64,000 nucleotides of DNA from an uncultured Pseudomonadales bacterium (lineage in GTDB: Bacteria > Pseudomonadota > Gammaproteobacteria > Pseudomonadales > UBA7434): positions 2,229-66,228 of the forward strand of contig CALSRU010000001.1 in NCBI GenBank assembly GCA_943788835.1, written 5' to 3'. Under the pieces are notes generated by a model. That model was not told the origin of the DNA and ran no database searches. It worked only from the letters and a program-made list of their open reading frames with translations. Positions 42,285 to 52,894 of the stretch are shown piece after piece (within the stretch, counting starts at the first letter, position 1; every line of letters starts with the position of its first letter). A program made the position numbers and the translations under genes.

Positions 42285-43547
42285 TTAACTTTTAGAGCTT
42301 ACAAACTCAGGATAAGCCTCCATACCGCATTCCGAGAGATCGACGCCGTCGTACTCTTCTTGTTCACCAACTCGGATGCCCATAATAGCCTTAATAGCCA
42401 ACCATACAATCATACTTGTCACGAAGACCCAGATGAAGATTGCTAACAGTCCAACGATCTGACCGCCAAAGCTTGCGTCGCCAAATATGGCCACTGCCAG
42501 CACGCCCCAGATACCAACTGTACCGTGGACTGAAATGGCGCCAACCGGGTCGTCTATTTTGACTTTGTCCAAGAACACGATACTGAGTACAACTAAGAGT
42601 CCGCCAATCGCTCCTATGATGGTCGACATTAGAGCTGATTGAGACGCTGGATCCGCCGTGATCGCTACCAAACCCGCCAAAGCGCCGTTAAGTGCCATGG
42701 TCAAATCTGCCTTGCCAAACATCAAGCGAGCAAGAATCAACGCTGCAATTAACCCGCCAGAGGCAGCAGCATTCGTATTCATGAAGACGTTAGCCACTTC
42801 ATTCGCAACTTCAATACCACCGAGCTTGAGCGTTGAGCCACCGTTAAAACCGAACCAGCCCATCCATAGGATAAATGTGCCCAGCGTAGCCAGTGGTAAG
42901 TTGGCACCCGGTATGGCCTGAGCGCTGCCATCCTTGCCATATTTACCTTTACGTGCGCCCAGTACAAGAACACCCGCTAATGCCGCTGCTGCACCTGCCA
43001 TGTGAACAATGCCGGAGCCCGCATAATCGCTGTAATCAAGGGCACCTAAGAACGGCACATCTTTGCCACCCCAAGTCCAACCACCTTCGATAGGATAAAT
43101 AAATCCAGTCATGACAACAGCGAATAGTAGGAATGCCCAGAGCTTCATTCGCTCGGCAACAGCGCCAGACACAATTGACATGGCGGTTGCAACGAATACA
43201 ACTTGGAAAAAGAAGTCTGATGCACCGGAATAAACCGAATCACCGTCAAAACCGTTTTCAGCTGATGCCGCGAGTACCGCTGCCTTGTCGATGCTACCGG
43301 TCGTGTCAACACCCGATAAGAAGAAGCCACCGTCATACATAAACTGATAACCGCAAACCATATACATGGTACTAGCGATCGCGAAAAGTGAAATATTTTT
43401 GGTAAGAATTTCGGTCGTATTCTTCGAGCGAACCAAACCGGCTTCAAGCATGGCAAAGCCCGCTGCCATCCACATTACTAACGCACCACAAATCAAAAAG
43501 TAGAAAGTGTCTAGTGCGTATTGGAGTTCAAAAATTTGATTTTCCAT
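42285..43547 (-). CDS. amtB: Ammonium transporter
   Basis: About 11 TM segments, with DYAGSGIVHMAGAAAALAGVLVLGAR and ISVHGTVGIWG. ATG 43547 has GAGGTA upstream; the track start is TTG 43562. Confidence 0.93.
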   Translation of the reverse strand: MENQIFELQYALDTFYFLICGALVMWMAAGFAMLEAGLVRSKNTTEILTKNISLFAIASTMYMVCGYQFMYDGGFFLSGVDTTGSIDKAAVLAASAENGFDGDSVYSGASDFFFQVVFVATAMSIVSGAVAERMKLWAFLLFAVVMTGFIYPIEGGWTWGGKDVPFLGALDYSDYAGSGIVHMAGAAAALAGVLVLGARKGKYGKDGSAQAIPGANLPLATLGTFILWMGWFGFNGGSTLKLGGIEVANEVANVFMNTNAAASGGLIAALILARLMFGKADLTMALNGALAGLVAITADPASQSALMSTIIGAIGGLLVVLSIVFLDKVKIDDPVGAISVHGTVGIWGVLAVAIFGDASFGGQIVGLLAIFIWVFVTSMIVWLAIKAIMGIRVGEQEEYDGVDLSECGMEAYPEFVSSKS

Positions 43548-43609
43548 TACTGTATACCTCAATGTTCTAATAAATTAACCGGCCACCAATAGTTTTGGTA
43601 TGCTCGGAC

Positions 43610-44062
<453 letters not shown>

Positions 44063-44109
44063 TTATAGTATTTTTCGGATAAAAAAAGACAGTAGGTGAG
44101 CTCTTCAGA

Positions 44110-44143
44110 GCACACTTTAGCGCGCACCGCACCGCAATGGTGC
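44110..44143. promoter_or_regulatory. NtrC-type enhancer sites upstream of the sigma54 promoter
   Basis: GCACC-GCAAT-GGTGC (44129-44143) is a perfect dyad matching the NtrC consensus TGCACC-N5-GGTGCA. A weaker adjacent site is GCACAC-TTTAG-CGCGCA (44110-44126). Both lie about 95-125 bp upstream of the -24/-12 element. Confidence 0.55.
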
Positions 44144-44233
44144 AATGCGATGCGGTGGCATCAAGTTAAGCTCACAGGCCCGCTTGAATACTTGCCGCCC
44201 GCGCATTGCTGTTGGATAATCCAAGGCCACTAT

Positions 44234-44494
44234 GTGAGGAACTCAACCATCGATACGCCGACAATAACCAGCTTTATCAAACAAGCATCGGAGCTCTTAC
44301 CGGGCCATGCCGCGAATTTAAAGAAGGATTTTGAACGAAATTTGCGCCCAATTATTGAGAGCAAGCTCGCTGAGCTCAACCTAATTACGCGTGATGACTT
44401 TGAGCAACAGTTAAGGCTGCTTGAAAGACTCGAATCTAAAGTTACTCAGCTTGAGGCACAGCTAGCCTCTTTTGAAAAACCACAGTCCGACTAG
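44234..44494 (+). CDS. ubiK: Ubiquinone biosynthesis accessory factor UbiK (YqiC)-like coiled-coil protein
   Basis: Coiled-coil C-terminus LNLITRDDFEQQLRLLERLESKVTQLEAQLA, typical of UbiK. The in-frame GTG at 44234 gives about 86 aa. The longer track ORF (from 44096) would overlap the glnK NtrC sites. Confidence 0.65.
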   Translation: MRNSTIDTPTITSFIKQASELLPGHAANLKKDFERNLRPIIESKLAELNLITRDDFEQQLRLLERLESKVTQLEAQLASFEKPQSD

Positions 44495-44620
44495 ACCCCG
44501 GACCCACCAACAAAGTCCTGCTATCACTTTGCAGCAACAGATAGCCATTCATTAAAAATAAGGTAACAGCAGCAAGAACACCGTTCATAAAAAACCACTC
44601 ATTTATCAAGGACGATAAAC

Positions 44621-46159
44621 ATGGCACTCGCACTCACCCTATCTCGAGCCAGTCAAGGCATTGATGCACCACTTGTCAGCGTCGAAACGCATCTATCTAA
44701 CGGCCTACCCGCTTTTACTATTGTTGGTCTCCCAGAGGCTGCTGTTAAAGAAAGTCGCGACCGCGTGAGAAGCGCGATCATTAATTCCCATTTTGAATTT
44801 CCCTCTCGACGTATCACCATCAACTTGGCACCAGCCGACCTACCCAAGCAAGGCAGCCGATTTGATCTTGCTATTGCGCTGGGTATTCTTGCCGCGTCAG
44901 GCCAATTACCAAAAGACAAACTCCGCCAATACGAATTTATCGGTGAGCTGTCATTATCTGGCGAGCTACGCCACGTACGCGGTCTTCTACCAGCACTGTT
45001 AAAAACTGATAAAACACGCACGATGATCGTACCGTTTGCCAATCAAACTGAGGCGAGCTTACCCATTAATTCGGCGGCGATTGTAGCCGCGCACATTCTC
45101 GAGGTTTGTGCCCACTTAAACGGCAGTGCTGAAATCGCGCCGCTTAAAAAAATTGAGCCGCCCAGTCGAGAGCGGTTAGAGCAGGATCTCGCCGATGTGG
45201 CGGGGCAGCCACAAGCAAGAAGGGCTTTAGAAATTGCGGCTGCAGGCGAGCATAACTTACTATTCAGCGGGCCTCCTGGAACCGGCAAAACAATGCTTGC
45301 ATCGCGTCTTAGTTCTATTTTACCGCCACTCAGTGAAGAATTTTCAATTGAAGTCGCAGCGCTCCAATCACTGGCAGGAAAAATGGTCGATGGGAACAGC
45401 TGGGGGCAGCGACCATTTCGCAGTCCGCATCACACCGCCTCGGCAGTAGCGTTAGTCGGCGGCGGCAGCAACCCTCGACCCGGTGAAATATCACTGGCTC
45501 ATCGCGGCATTCTTTTTTTAGATGAGCTTCCAGAATTTGACAGGAAAGTGCTTGAAGTATTGCGCGAACCACTCGAGTCCGGATCAATCACTATTTCTCG
45601 CGCAGCGCAACAAGTAGAATACCCCGCAAAATTTCAACTAATAGCAGCCATGAATCCCTGCCCATGTGGATTTTTTGGCGATACACGAAAAAGTTGCAGT
45701 TGTTCACCGGCGCAGTTACAACGTTACAAAGCCAAGCTTTCAGGACCACTATTAGATCGCATTGACATGCATGTCAATGTCAGTCGCCTACCCACACATA
45801 TGCTGCTAAATAACGACACAGCGCAAGTTATGGAAACAAGTTCAACCGTTAGGAAAAGAGTGATCCGGACGCAAAAAATCCAACTTAATAATCGTAATAA
45901 AATGAATGCCAGCCTTCAAGCTAGCGAGTTAATAGATGCGCAATGGATCGAGCCAGAAGCTCTAGACTGGTTGAGTAGAGCAATTGAAAAGCTTGGCCAA
46001 TCCGCTAGAACATTTCACCGAATTCTCCGCGTTGCAAGAACCATTGCCGATTTAGAAATTGCAAAGTCTGGACCCATAAATCAGTTATTGCAGCTGAGAG
46101 TCGGTACTGCGCACATAAAAGAAGCTCTGGCGTTTCGGCAATTTGAAGATAGACAATAA
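44621..46159 (+). CDS. comM: YifB/ComM family Mg-chelatase-like AAA+ ATPase
   Basis: 512 aa. Has a Lon-like N-terminal domain, Walker A FSGPPGTGKTMLA, Walker B ILFLDELPEF and the zinc ribbon CPCGFFGDTRKSCSC. Confidence 0.92.
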   Translation: MALALTLSRASQGIDAPLVSVETHLSNGLPAFTIVGLPEAAVKESRDRVRSAIINSHFEFPSRRITINLAPADLPKQGSRFDLAIALGILAASGQLPKDKLRQYEFIGELSLSGELRHVRGLLPALLKTDKTRTMIVPFANQTEASLPINSAAIVAAHILEVCAHLNGSAEIAPLKKIEPPSRERLEQDLADVAGQPQARRALEIAAAGEHNLLFSGPPGTGKTMLASRLSSILPPLSEEFSIEVAALQSLAGKMVDGNSWGQRPFRSPHHTASAVALVGGGSNPRPGEISLAHRGILFLDELPEFDRKVLEVLREPLESGSITISRAAQQVEYPAKFQLIAAMNPCPCGFFGDTRKSCSCSPAQLQRYKAKLSGPLLDRIDMHVNVSRLPTHMLLNNDTAQVMETSSTVRKRVIRTQKIQLNNRNKMNASLQASELIDAQWIEPEALDWLSRAIEKLGQSARTFHRILRVARTIADLEIAKSGPINQLLQLRVGTAHIKEALAFRQFEDRQ

Positions 46160-46265
46160 GGATATAGCGTTAATTAGAATGACCAGTGCCGAAAAAATTA
46201 TTTTTTGCCAACCAACAAGATGACATACAGCATCTATATATCAACTTACACTACACAAGGGCCTT

Positions 46266-46293
46266 GCTTTTTTAGCTGTGCTTTTTTAGCTGT
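46266..46293. repeat. Perfect 14-bp tandem duplication (GCTTTTTTAGCTGT x2) spanning the stop codon of the hydrolase gene
   Basis: Read directly: the units are 46266-46279 and 46280-46293. The TAA stop (46286-46288, minus strand) lies in the second unit. Confidence 0.9.
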
Positions 46294-47176
46294 TACTTGC
46301 AAACCAGCCAATCATTAACGAATTCACCTTGACAGGGCTTTCTTGATGCACAAAATGTCCGGCGCCTTCAATCCGCTCGACTCGAAGACCACGAGGGTAA
46401 TCTTTTTCTAACACGGCATAGTCGAACACTCTTGTATCAACACAGCCATCATTAGCGCCTGTTATCGCTAAATTCGGCACCAAAATTTTTCTTATATCAC
46501 TCATTATTGACTGTCGAAAACCCAGTATTAGAGGTAAAGAAGCATTGTGTCGATAATAACTGAGCATAGCCTTAACGACACCAGGCTTTGAAAATGTTTC
46601 AACCAGGTCACTCCACTGCGCATCCGTAAGCACCTGATCGGGTGACCAACGCCTTCTTAAAAAACGGATAAATTGCCAGTCTCCTTGACGTATTAAATAA
46701 TCAGATAAGACCGGTATTTGGTTAAAGAACATATACCAAGAATTTAAAATCTGCAACGGCACGCCCGCCAAACCTTCCCGAACAAATCGTCCGGGATGCG
46801 GCACTGCGATAGTAGTCAACGATAGAAACCGGTCTGGCGCGACTGCCGACGCCGCATAAGCAATTGCAGCCCCCCAGTCGTGACCCACCAGATGCACTCT
46901 GTCGAGATTCAACTCATCCAGCCATGCAAAAACATCTTGCGTCAAACTTGCCAAATGATAATCAGCATCAGAAGTGATAGAGGAAGGCTCATAACCGCGC
47001 AAGGTAGGGATTAATACGCGATAACCTGCGGCAACCAAGTCGTCGATTTGAAAGTGAAAAGAACTAGCATTGTCTGGAAAGCCATGCAAACACAGCACTA
47101 CCGGCCTGCTCTGATTCTGACCATAAAAACGAGCACTAAATTTTCGTGCTCCATTGTGAAGTGTAATTACTTCCAC
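46286..47176 (-). CDS. Alpha/beta-fold hydrolase (epoxide hydrolase/haloalkane dehalogenase-like)
   Basis: 296 aa. Has the oxyanion motif LHGFPDN, the nucleophile elbow GHDWGA and a C-terminal GAGHFVHQE. Confidence 0.8.
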   Translation of the reverse strand: MEVITLHNGARKFSARFYGQNQSRPVVLCLHGFPDNASSFHFQIDDLVAAGYRVLIPTLRGYEPSSITSDADYHLASLTQDVFAWLDELNLDRVHLVGHDWGAAIAYAASAVAPDRFLSLTTIAVPHPGRFVREGLAGVPLQILNSWYMFFNQIPVLSDYLIRQGDWQFIRFLRRRWSPDQVLTDAQWSDLVETFSKPGVVKAMLSYYRHNASLPLILGFRQSIMSDIRKILVPNLAITGANDGCVDTRVFDYAVLEKDYPRGLRVERIEGAGHFVHQESPVKVNSLMIGWFASNS

Positions 47177-47239
47177 AGCTTGCCGTGATCCTAATCAAAA
47201 CTAAGCGGCTAACAAAACCCTACTAACGTAGTAAATAAA

Positions 47240-48358
47240 TTATTTATTAGGATTAATTAAAAACTTTTGACCGGTCTGTTTAGCGTTGTACTTTAGAACA
47301 GTAGCCGGTTCTATTGCCTCGCCCAAGCTCAATGTGTCGGTAAAATCGATAGCAAAAGTCGTTTGAATTTCATCTGCTACACGTTTATGCAACTCCGCCA
47401 CACGCTCAGGAGACACTTTCCCTAAAAACTGCATCAACAAGAAGCCGCCAATACCCCACGACATGCCGTAAGCACGATTTAAAGTGGTAGGAGACATCGC
47501 TAAGCCGCCATAAATATAGACCTGCTTATGCATGGGTGAACCATAAGTGTTGAAACCAACAGCGTCTTTACTGCCGTTAGATTCCATCGCTGTGAGTATA
47601 TCGCTAGCAAGCTCGCCGCCACCAATTGCGTCAAAAGCCAAAGTAGCACCCGTTTCTTCGATGGCTCTGGCAAGATCTTGCTTATAAGTTTCACTCGAGG
47701 AATTAACTACATGGACGGCACCTATACCTTTGAGTAAATCAACTTGCTCTTCTTTGCGCACAATATTGACCAACGGAACATTTTCAGACAAGCAAATTTT
47801 CACAAGCATTTGCCCGAGGCTTGAAGCGGCAGCAGTATGCACAAGCGCAGCATGACCTTCCATGCGCATAGTATCGACCATGCCTAATGCAGTCAGTGGA
47901 TTAACGAATGATGATGCCGCCTGCGCCGCTGAAGTGCCTTCATTATGGACGATACACATCTGCACGGGTACAGTACAATATTCTGCGTAAGTAGAGCCCG
48001 ACAGCACACCGACAGTTTTTCCCAGTAGTGCTTTTGCAGCTGGACTATCGCCTGCCTCAACCACAACACCTGCGCCTTCATTACCCACAGGCAAAACCAT
48101 ATCTAAGCGCGACTTTAAGCGCGATAAAATCGCCGGGTGTACCGGAGCCGTCAATAAGCACCCATCTTCCGACAAACTAGCCGACTGTAGATCAGCGGGA
48201 CCAAACATCGGCCACATGTCTGAAGGATTAATCGGAGCCGCTTCAATTCTCACCACTACCTCATGTGGTTTTGGAGCGGACCTATCGACAGTGCGCAACG
48301 AAAACTCTAATTGGCCACCGGAAGTGATATTTGAAAAAAGCTGTTTTGATTGAGCCAT
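47240..48358 (-). CDS. MDR-superfamily NAD(P)-dependent oxidoreductase (quinone oxidoreductase-like, no zinc ligands seen)
   Basis: 372 aa with a GroES-like N-terminus (VVVRIEAAPINPSD) and a Rossmann half. No GHE or Cys-cluster zinc motifs. Confidence 0.75.
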   Translation of the reverse strand: MAQSKQLFSNITSGGQLEFSLRTVDRSAPKPHEVVVRIEAAPINPSDMWPMFGPADLQSASLSEDGCLLTAPVHPAILSRLKSRLDMVLPVGNEGAGVVVEAGDSPAAKALLGKTVGVLSGSTYAEYCTVPVQMCIVHNEGTSAAQAASSFVNPLTALGMVDTMRMEGHAALVHTAAASSLGQMLVKICLSENVPLVNIVRKEEQVDLLKGIGAVHVVNSSSETYKQDLARAIEETGATLAFDAIGGGELASDILTAMESNGSKDAVGFNTYGSPMHKQVYIYGGLAMSPTTLNRAYGMSWGIGGFLLMQFLGKVSPERVAELHKRVADEIQTTFAIDFTDTLSLGEAIEPATVLKYNAKQTGQKFLINPNK

Positions 48359-48460
48359 AGTAAATTAAATCCTGCAATAAGCGAATAGAATGGAATAACG
48401 AGCTGACGGATTCTATCACCGGCTGCCGCTTCTATATAATCAATTCTTTGTAATGCTCAG

Positions 48461-49216
48461 CTACAAATCACCCCAGCGATTTTGCAATAAACTCATTACA
48501 ACAACAGGAGCGGTTTCAGTTCGGAGAATGCGCTCACCCAACCGCACACAAACAAAACCCGCCTCGGCTGCCGCTACAATCTCACCTTCCTCGAAACCAC
48601 CCTCTGGCCCCACAAGCATGCACGCTCTAGAAGGTGAATCAACAAACTGTTGAGAATAATCGTTAAAGGAAGTCCCCGCCGGTTGCATTGTTAAGCGTGC
48701 TTCACTGGGAGATAAAGCAGGGATATTATCCAGCCACTCACTTAACAGTAAGGGCGCATTGAGCGCGGGAAGAATTGTCCGACCAGACTGCTCACAAGCG
48801 CCAATTAAAATTGCCTGCCAATGAGCCAATTTTTTTTCTGCGCGACCAGAGTTAAGCTTGACCTCAACGCGTCGTGTCAGCAACGGCTGGATTTCGCTAA
48901 CTCCAAGCTCGGTGGCTTTTTGCATGACCCAGTCCATACGATCACCTTTCGAGATAGCAATCGCAAGGGTGGTATGTAACGGTGACTCTACACGTGTGAG
49001 CAGTGCTCGGCGCGCCTGAACAGTTACAGCCACTGCCTTTCGCGATACTGCGGTTACAATCGCATCAAATTCATTAGCTTTGCCATCAAACAAAACAAGT
49101 GCTGACCCGACAGTCACACGAAGAACATGGATAAGATAATGATTGTTGCGCGCCTCAAGTTCCGTCTCAAGACCATCGACGAGCACTTGCGAACAAAAAA
49201 GTCTGATTTGGCGCAT
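48461..49216 (-). CDS. rsmE: 16S rRNA (uracil1498-N3)-methyltransferase
   Basis: 251 aa with a SPOUT knot region LVGPEGGFEEGEI and a PUA-like N-terminus. Confidence 0.88.
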   Translation of the reverse strand: MRQIRLFCSQVLVDGLETELEARNNHYLIHVLRVTVGSALVLFDGKANEFDAIVTAVSRKAVAVTVQARRALLTRVESPLHTTLAIAISKGDRMDWVMQKATELGVSEIQPLLTRRVEVKLNSGRAEKKLAHWQAILIGACEQSGRTILPALNAPLLLSEWLDNIPALSPSEARLTMQPAGTSFNDYSQQFVDSPSRACMLVGPEGGFEEGEIVAAAEAGFVCVRLGERILRTETAPVVVMSLLQNRWGDL

Positions 49217-49224
49217 AGTCGGCG

Positions 49225-50073
49225 TTATATCTTTTCAATACCCAGGTTTTTGCAAATAGCCTCAACAGGTCCAGACTGATTCATCGTGTAGAAATGCAGA
49301 CCTGGAGCACCTAAAACAATAAGCTTTTCACATAACTCCGTCACGAATTCACTGCAAAACTCTTTACAGCCTTCCACATCATCCTTTAACGCTTCAATAC
49401 GGTAATCAAGCCAACGCGGAATATCGGCCCCACAATTTACCGAGAAACGCTTGAGGTTAGCAAAATTGGTAATCGGCATAACACCAGGATAAATAGGCTG
49501 ATCAATACCCACCCTTGCACAGCATTCCATAAACTGTTCGTAGGCATCAGCGTTATAAAAATATTGTGTGATGGCGCTGTTGGCACCAGCCGAAAATTTA
49601 TTTTTCAAAAACCCCACATCACTATCGTAAGATTCCGCTTCAGGATGAATCTCAGGATAAGCAGCCACAGCAATATGAAAGGTATCGCCATAGTGCTGAC
49701 GAATGAACTCTACTAACTCGTTAGCGTGAACCAAACGGGAACCATCCCCATAGCCCGATGGTAGATCGCCGCGCAATGCAACAATACGACTCACCCCGGA
49801 CTCAGCATATTGATCAATCAGCTGCTTAATACTTGCTTCGCTATCACCACCAAATGACAAATGCGGTGCAAAATCACACCCCGCATGCAAACCGTCCAAC
49901 ACGACGGTTTTAGTATTGTCACGAGTTGACCCGCCGGCACCATAGGTAACCGAAAAAAAATCGGGATCAAGCTGCTGTAAGCGATCACGCGTAGAATGAA
50001 GATTTTTAGCACCGACGTCAGTCTTGGGCGGAAAAAACTCAAAACTGAGTCGATGTTGTTTAGTTAAAGCCAT
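49225..50073 (-). CDS. metF: 5,10-methylenetetrahydrofolate reductase
   Basis: 282 aa. Has SFEFFPPKT and VTYGAGGSTR. Confidence 0.93.
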   Translation of the reverse strand: MALTKQHRLSFEFFPPKTDVGAKNLHSTRDRLQQLDPDFFSVTYGAGGSTRDNTKTVVLDGLHAGCDFAPHLSFGGDSEASIKQLIDQYAESGVSRIVALRGDLPSGYGDGSRLVHANELVEFIRQHYGDTFHIAVAAYPEIHPEAESYDSDVGFLKNKFSAGANSAITQYFYNADAYEQFMECCARVGIDQPIYPGVMPITNFANLKRFSVNCGADIPRWLDYRIEALKDDVEGCKEFCSEFVTELCEKLIVLGAPGLHFYTMNQSGPVEAICKNLGIEKI

Positions 50074-50111
50074 AAAAATATCTCGTCAAAGCGAAGTCAA
50101 AATACTGATAT

Positions 50112-51491
50112 TTAATATTTGTACTGGTCTACTTTAAACGGACCTTCAACCTCAACGTTGATATATTTAGCCTGCTCGTCGGTGAGGCGCGTAATGACAC
50201 CACCAAAACCACGCACCATATGTTCGGCAACCTCTTCATCCAGTTTTTTAGGTAATACTTCAAGTGTAATTGAGCGATTTTCTTGATCGGCAGACTTCTG
50301 TCCGAACAAATAAATCTGTGCCAAAACTTGGTTAGCAAACGAGCCATCCATGATGCGCGAGGGATGACCTGTTGCGTTACCTAAGTTCACTAGACGGCCC
50401 TCGGAAAGCAGAATCAGATAATCAAGAGGATCACCACCGCGATGTATTTTATGGACCTGCGGTTTAACCTCTTCCCATTTCCAGTTTTCACGCATATATG
50501 CAGTATCAATTTCGTTATCAAAGTGGCCAATATTACAAACTACCGCGCCATTTTTAAGGCTTTGTAGAACTGCCGAGTCGCAAACGTTATAGTTGCCCGT
50601 AGACGTCACCACCAAGTCAGTATTTTGTAGCAGCGCTGTATTAGCGTCCTTTGCGTCACCTGTATTAATGCCGTTGTTGTAAGGTGAAACCACTTCAAAT
50701 CCGTCCATGCACGCCTGCATCGCGCAAATCGGGTCAATTTCAGAAATGCGGACAATCATGCCTTCCTGTCGGAGCGAAAGCGCAGAACCTTTACCTACAT
50801 CACCGTAGCCAATTACTAATGCTTTTTTACCTGATAACAGATGGTCGGTGCCGCGCTTGATCGCGTCATTGAGCGAGTGACGACAGCCATATTTGTTATC
50901 GTTTTTAGCTTTAGTCACTGAATCGTTGACATTGATTGCGGGTACTTTTAACTCACCACTCTCAAGCATCTCTTGTAGACGATGAACCCCAGTGGTAGTT
51001 TCTTCAGTGATGCCATGAATTTTATCCAGCATGGCAGGATATTTATCATGTAAAATTTGAGTCAGGTCGCCGCCGTCATCCAGTATCATATTGGCCGCCC
51101 AGGGCTGGCCATTTTTGAGAATAGTTTGCTCAATACACCATTCATACTCTTCTTCAGTTTCACCTTTCCATGCATACACTGCGACACCCGTTGCGGCGAT
51201 AGCCGCGGCAGCGTGATCTTGCGTTGAGAATATATTGCATGATGACCAGCGCACTTCTGCACCTAAGGCGTTTAGCGTTTCAATTAACACACCGGTTTGG
51301 ATAGTCATGTGAATACAGCCCAGGATTTTTGCTCCTTTTAAAGGCTGCTCGTCTGCGTATTTAGCTCGTAAAGCCATAAGAGCTGGCATTTCAGTTTCCG
51401 CAATATCAAGTTCCTTTCGACCCCACTCGGCAAGACCGAAATCGGCAACTTTATAATCTGGTGTTGAATTAATTGACTGTACTTGGCTCAT
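50112..51491 (-). CDS. ahcY: Adenosylhomocysteinase
   Basis: 459 aa. Has the NAD site GYGDVGKG, plus [10 protein letters not shown] and [14 protein letters not shown]. Confidence 0.96.
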   Translation of the reverse strand: MSQVQSINSTPDYKVADFGLAEWGRKELDIAETEMPALMALRAKYADEQPLKGAKILGCIHMTIQTGVLIETLNALGAEVRWSSCNIFSTQDHAAAAIAATGVAVYAWKGETEEEYEWCIEQTILKNGQPWAANMILDDGGDLTQILHDKYPAMLDKIHGITEETTTGVHRLQEMLESGELKVPAINVNDSVTKAKNDNKYGCRHSLNDAIKRGTDHLLSGKKALVIGYGDVGKGSALSLRQEGMIVRISEIDPICAMQACMDGFEVVSPYNNGINTGDAKDANTALLQNTDLVVTSTGNYNVCDSAVLQSLKNGAVVCNIGHFDNEIDTAYMRENWKWEEVKPQVHKIHRGGDPLDYLILLSEGRLVNLGNATGHPSRIMDGSFANQVLAQIYLFGQKSADQENRSITLEVLPKKLDEEVAEHMVRGFGGVITRLTDEQAKYINVEVEGPFKVDQYKY

Positions 51492-51560
51492 AATATTTTC
51501 CTACTGTTAGATAAATTCTATTGTCATTGAAGTTATTTACTAAATTGCTTTGACGTTCAA

Positions 51561-52772
51561 CTAAGCCACTAGCGCGAGCAATGCATCTACCTTGTCGGTT
51601 TTTTCCCACGTGAATGCGGTGAACGTGTCTGATTTATTTTTGCCATTTTCTTGCCATGTGTAAGTATGTTCAAATGGCTGACGACCGAAATGCCCATAAG
51701 CCGCCGTGAGTTGATACATAGGGTGCTGTAAATCCAAAGTGCTGGTAATAGCATAAGGGCGCAGATCGAATGTTTTTCGGATGGCTGCAATTAAGACGTC
51801 GTCGCCAACTTTACCCGTTCCAAAAGTGTTAACAGATATTGACGTTGGCTCAGCGACGCCAATTGCATAAGACACCTGGATTTCACAACGATCAGCAAGC
51901 CCTGCGGCAACAACATTTTTAGCCACATAGCGGCCTGCATAGGCAGCCGAGCGATCAACCTTAGAGGGGTCTTTACCAGAAAACGCACCGCCGCCATGAC
52001 GAGCCATGCCACCATAAGTATCAACAATAATTTTCCGGCCAGTTAAGCCACAGTCACCCACTGGCCCTCCAATAACAAAATTACCGGTCGGATTGATATG
52101 GTACTGGGTGTCGGCATGTAGCCATTCAGCCGGCAAAACTGGCAAAATCACGTGCTCTTTAACGGCCGCTTGCAAGTCATGCAAATCGATCTCAGGATCA
52201 TGCTGCGTGGACAAAACTACTGCATCAATAGCTACCGGCAGACCCTTTTCATAACGCAACGTAACCTGGCTTTTAGCATCGGGGCGAAGCCATGGCAACA
52301 CACCTTGTTTGCGCAACTCAGCCTGCTTTTCAACTAACCTATGTGAATAGTGAATCGGCGCAGGCATCAACATATCGGTTTCGTTAGTTGCATAACCAAA
52401 CATCAAGCCTTGATCACCGGCGCCTTGATCTTCTGGTTTTGCTCGATCGACTCCCCGATTGATGTCAGGTGATTGCTTACCGATAGCGTTGAGCACAGCG
52501 CAACTAGCGCCATCAAAGCCAACCTCTGAACTGTTATAACCGATGCCTGCAATGACATCGCGAATGATGTCTTCAAGGTCGACGTAACAGGTAGTAGTCA
52601 GCTCACCGGCGACAATCGCCATACCGGTTTTGACCAATGTTTCAACTGCAACACGCGCATCAACGTCTCGAGCAATAATTGCGTCAAGGACTGCATCGGA
52701 TATTTGATCTGCTAGTTTGTCGGGATGCCCCTCTGAAACAGACTCCGATGTAAAGACATTATATTCGCTCAT
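51561..52772 (-). CDS. metK: S-adenosylmethionine synthetase
   Basis: 403 aa. Has [25 protein letters not shown] and [16 protein letters not shown]. Confidence 0.97.
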   Translation of the reverse strand: MSEYNVFTSESVSEGHPDKLADQISDAVLDAIIARDVDARVAVETLVKTGMAIVAGELTTTCYVDLEDIIRDVIAGIGYNSSEVGFDGASCAVLNAIGKQSPDINRGVDRAKPEDQGAGDQGLMFGYATNETDMLMPAPIHYSHRLVEKQAELRKQGVLPWLRPDAKSQVTLRYEKGLPVAIDAVVLSTQHDPEIDLHDLQAAVKEHVILPVLPAEWLHADTQYHINPTGNFVIGGPVGDCGLTGRKIIVDTYGGMARHGGGAFSGKDPSKVDRSAAYAGRYVAKNVVAAGLADRCEIQVSYAIGVAEPTSISVNTFGTGKVGDDVLIAAIRKTFDLRPYAITSTLDLQHPMYQLTAAYGHFGRQPFEHTYTWQENGKNKSDTFTAFTWEKTDKVDALLALVA

Positions 52773-52894
52773 AAAAATTTCCTATCCACTCCACTGTGAT
52801 CAAAAATATAAAAATTTGTTTAAGCTTCCGAACTCAAGCTAGGGCTTCCACTAACAACTCATTATTAAGGTTTGTAATTTAACTATAACTCTCA

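Noticed and set aside
44096-44233. N-terminal extension of the ubiK ORF (132 aa in the track)
   Set aside because: The extension overlaps the NtrC dyads and the upstream control region of the divergent glnK. UbiK-family proteins are about 80-90 aa, and the in-frame GTG at 44234 gives that size.
51492-51560. Possible SAH riboswitch in the ahcY leader, and SAM riboswitch in the metK leader (52773-52894)
   Set aside because: Both leaders are short and AT-rich. I could not see the GC-rich pseudoknot or helices expected for SAH or SAM-II/V elements. An Infernal scan would be the decisive check.
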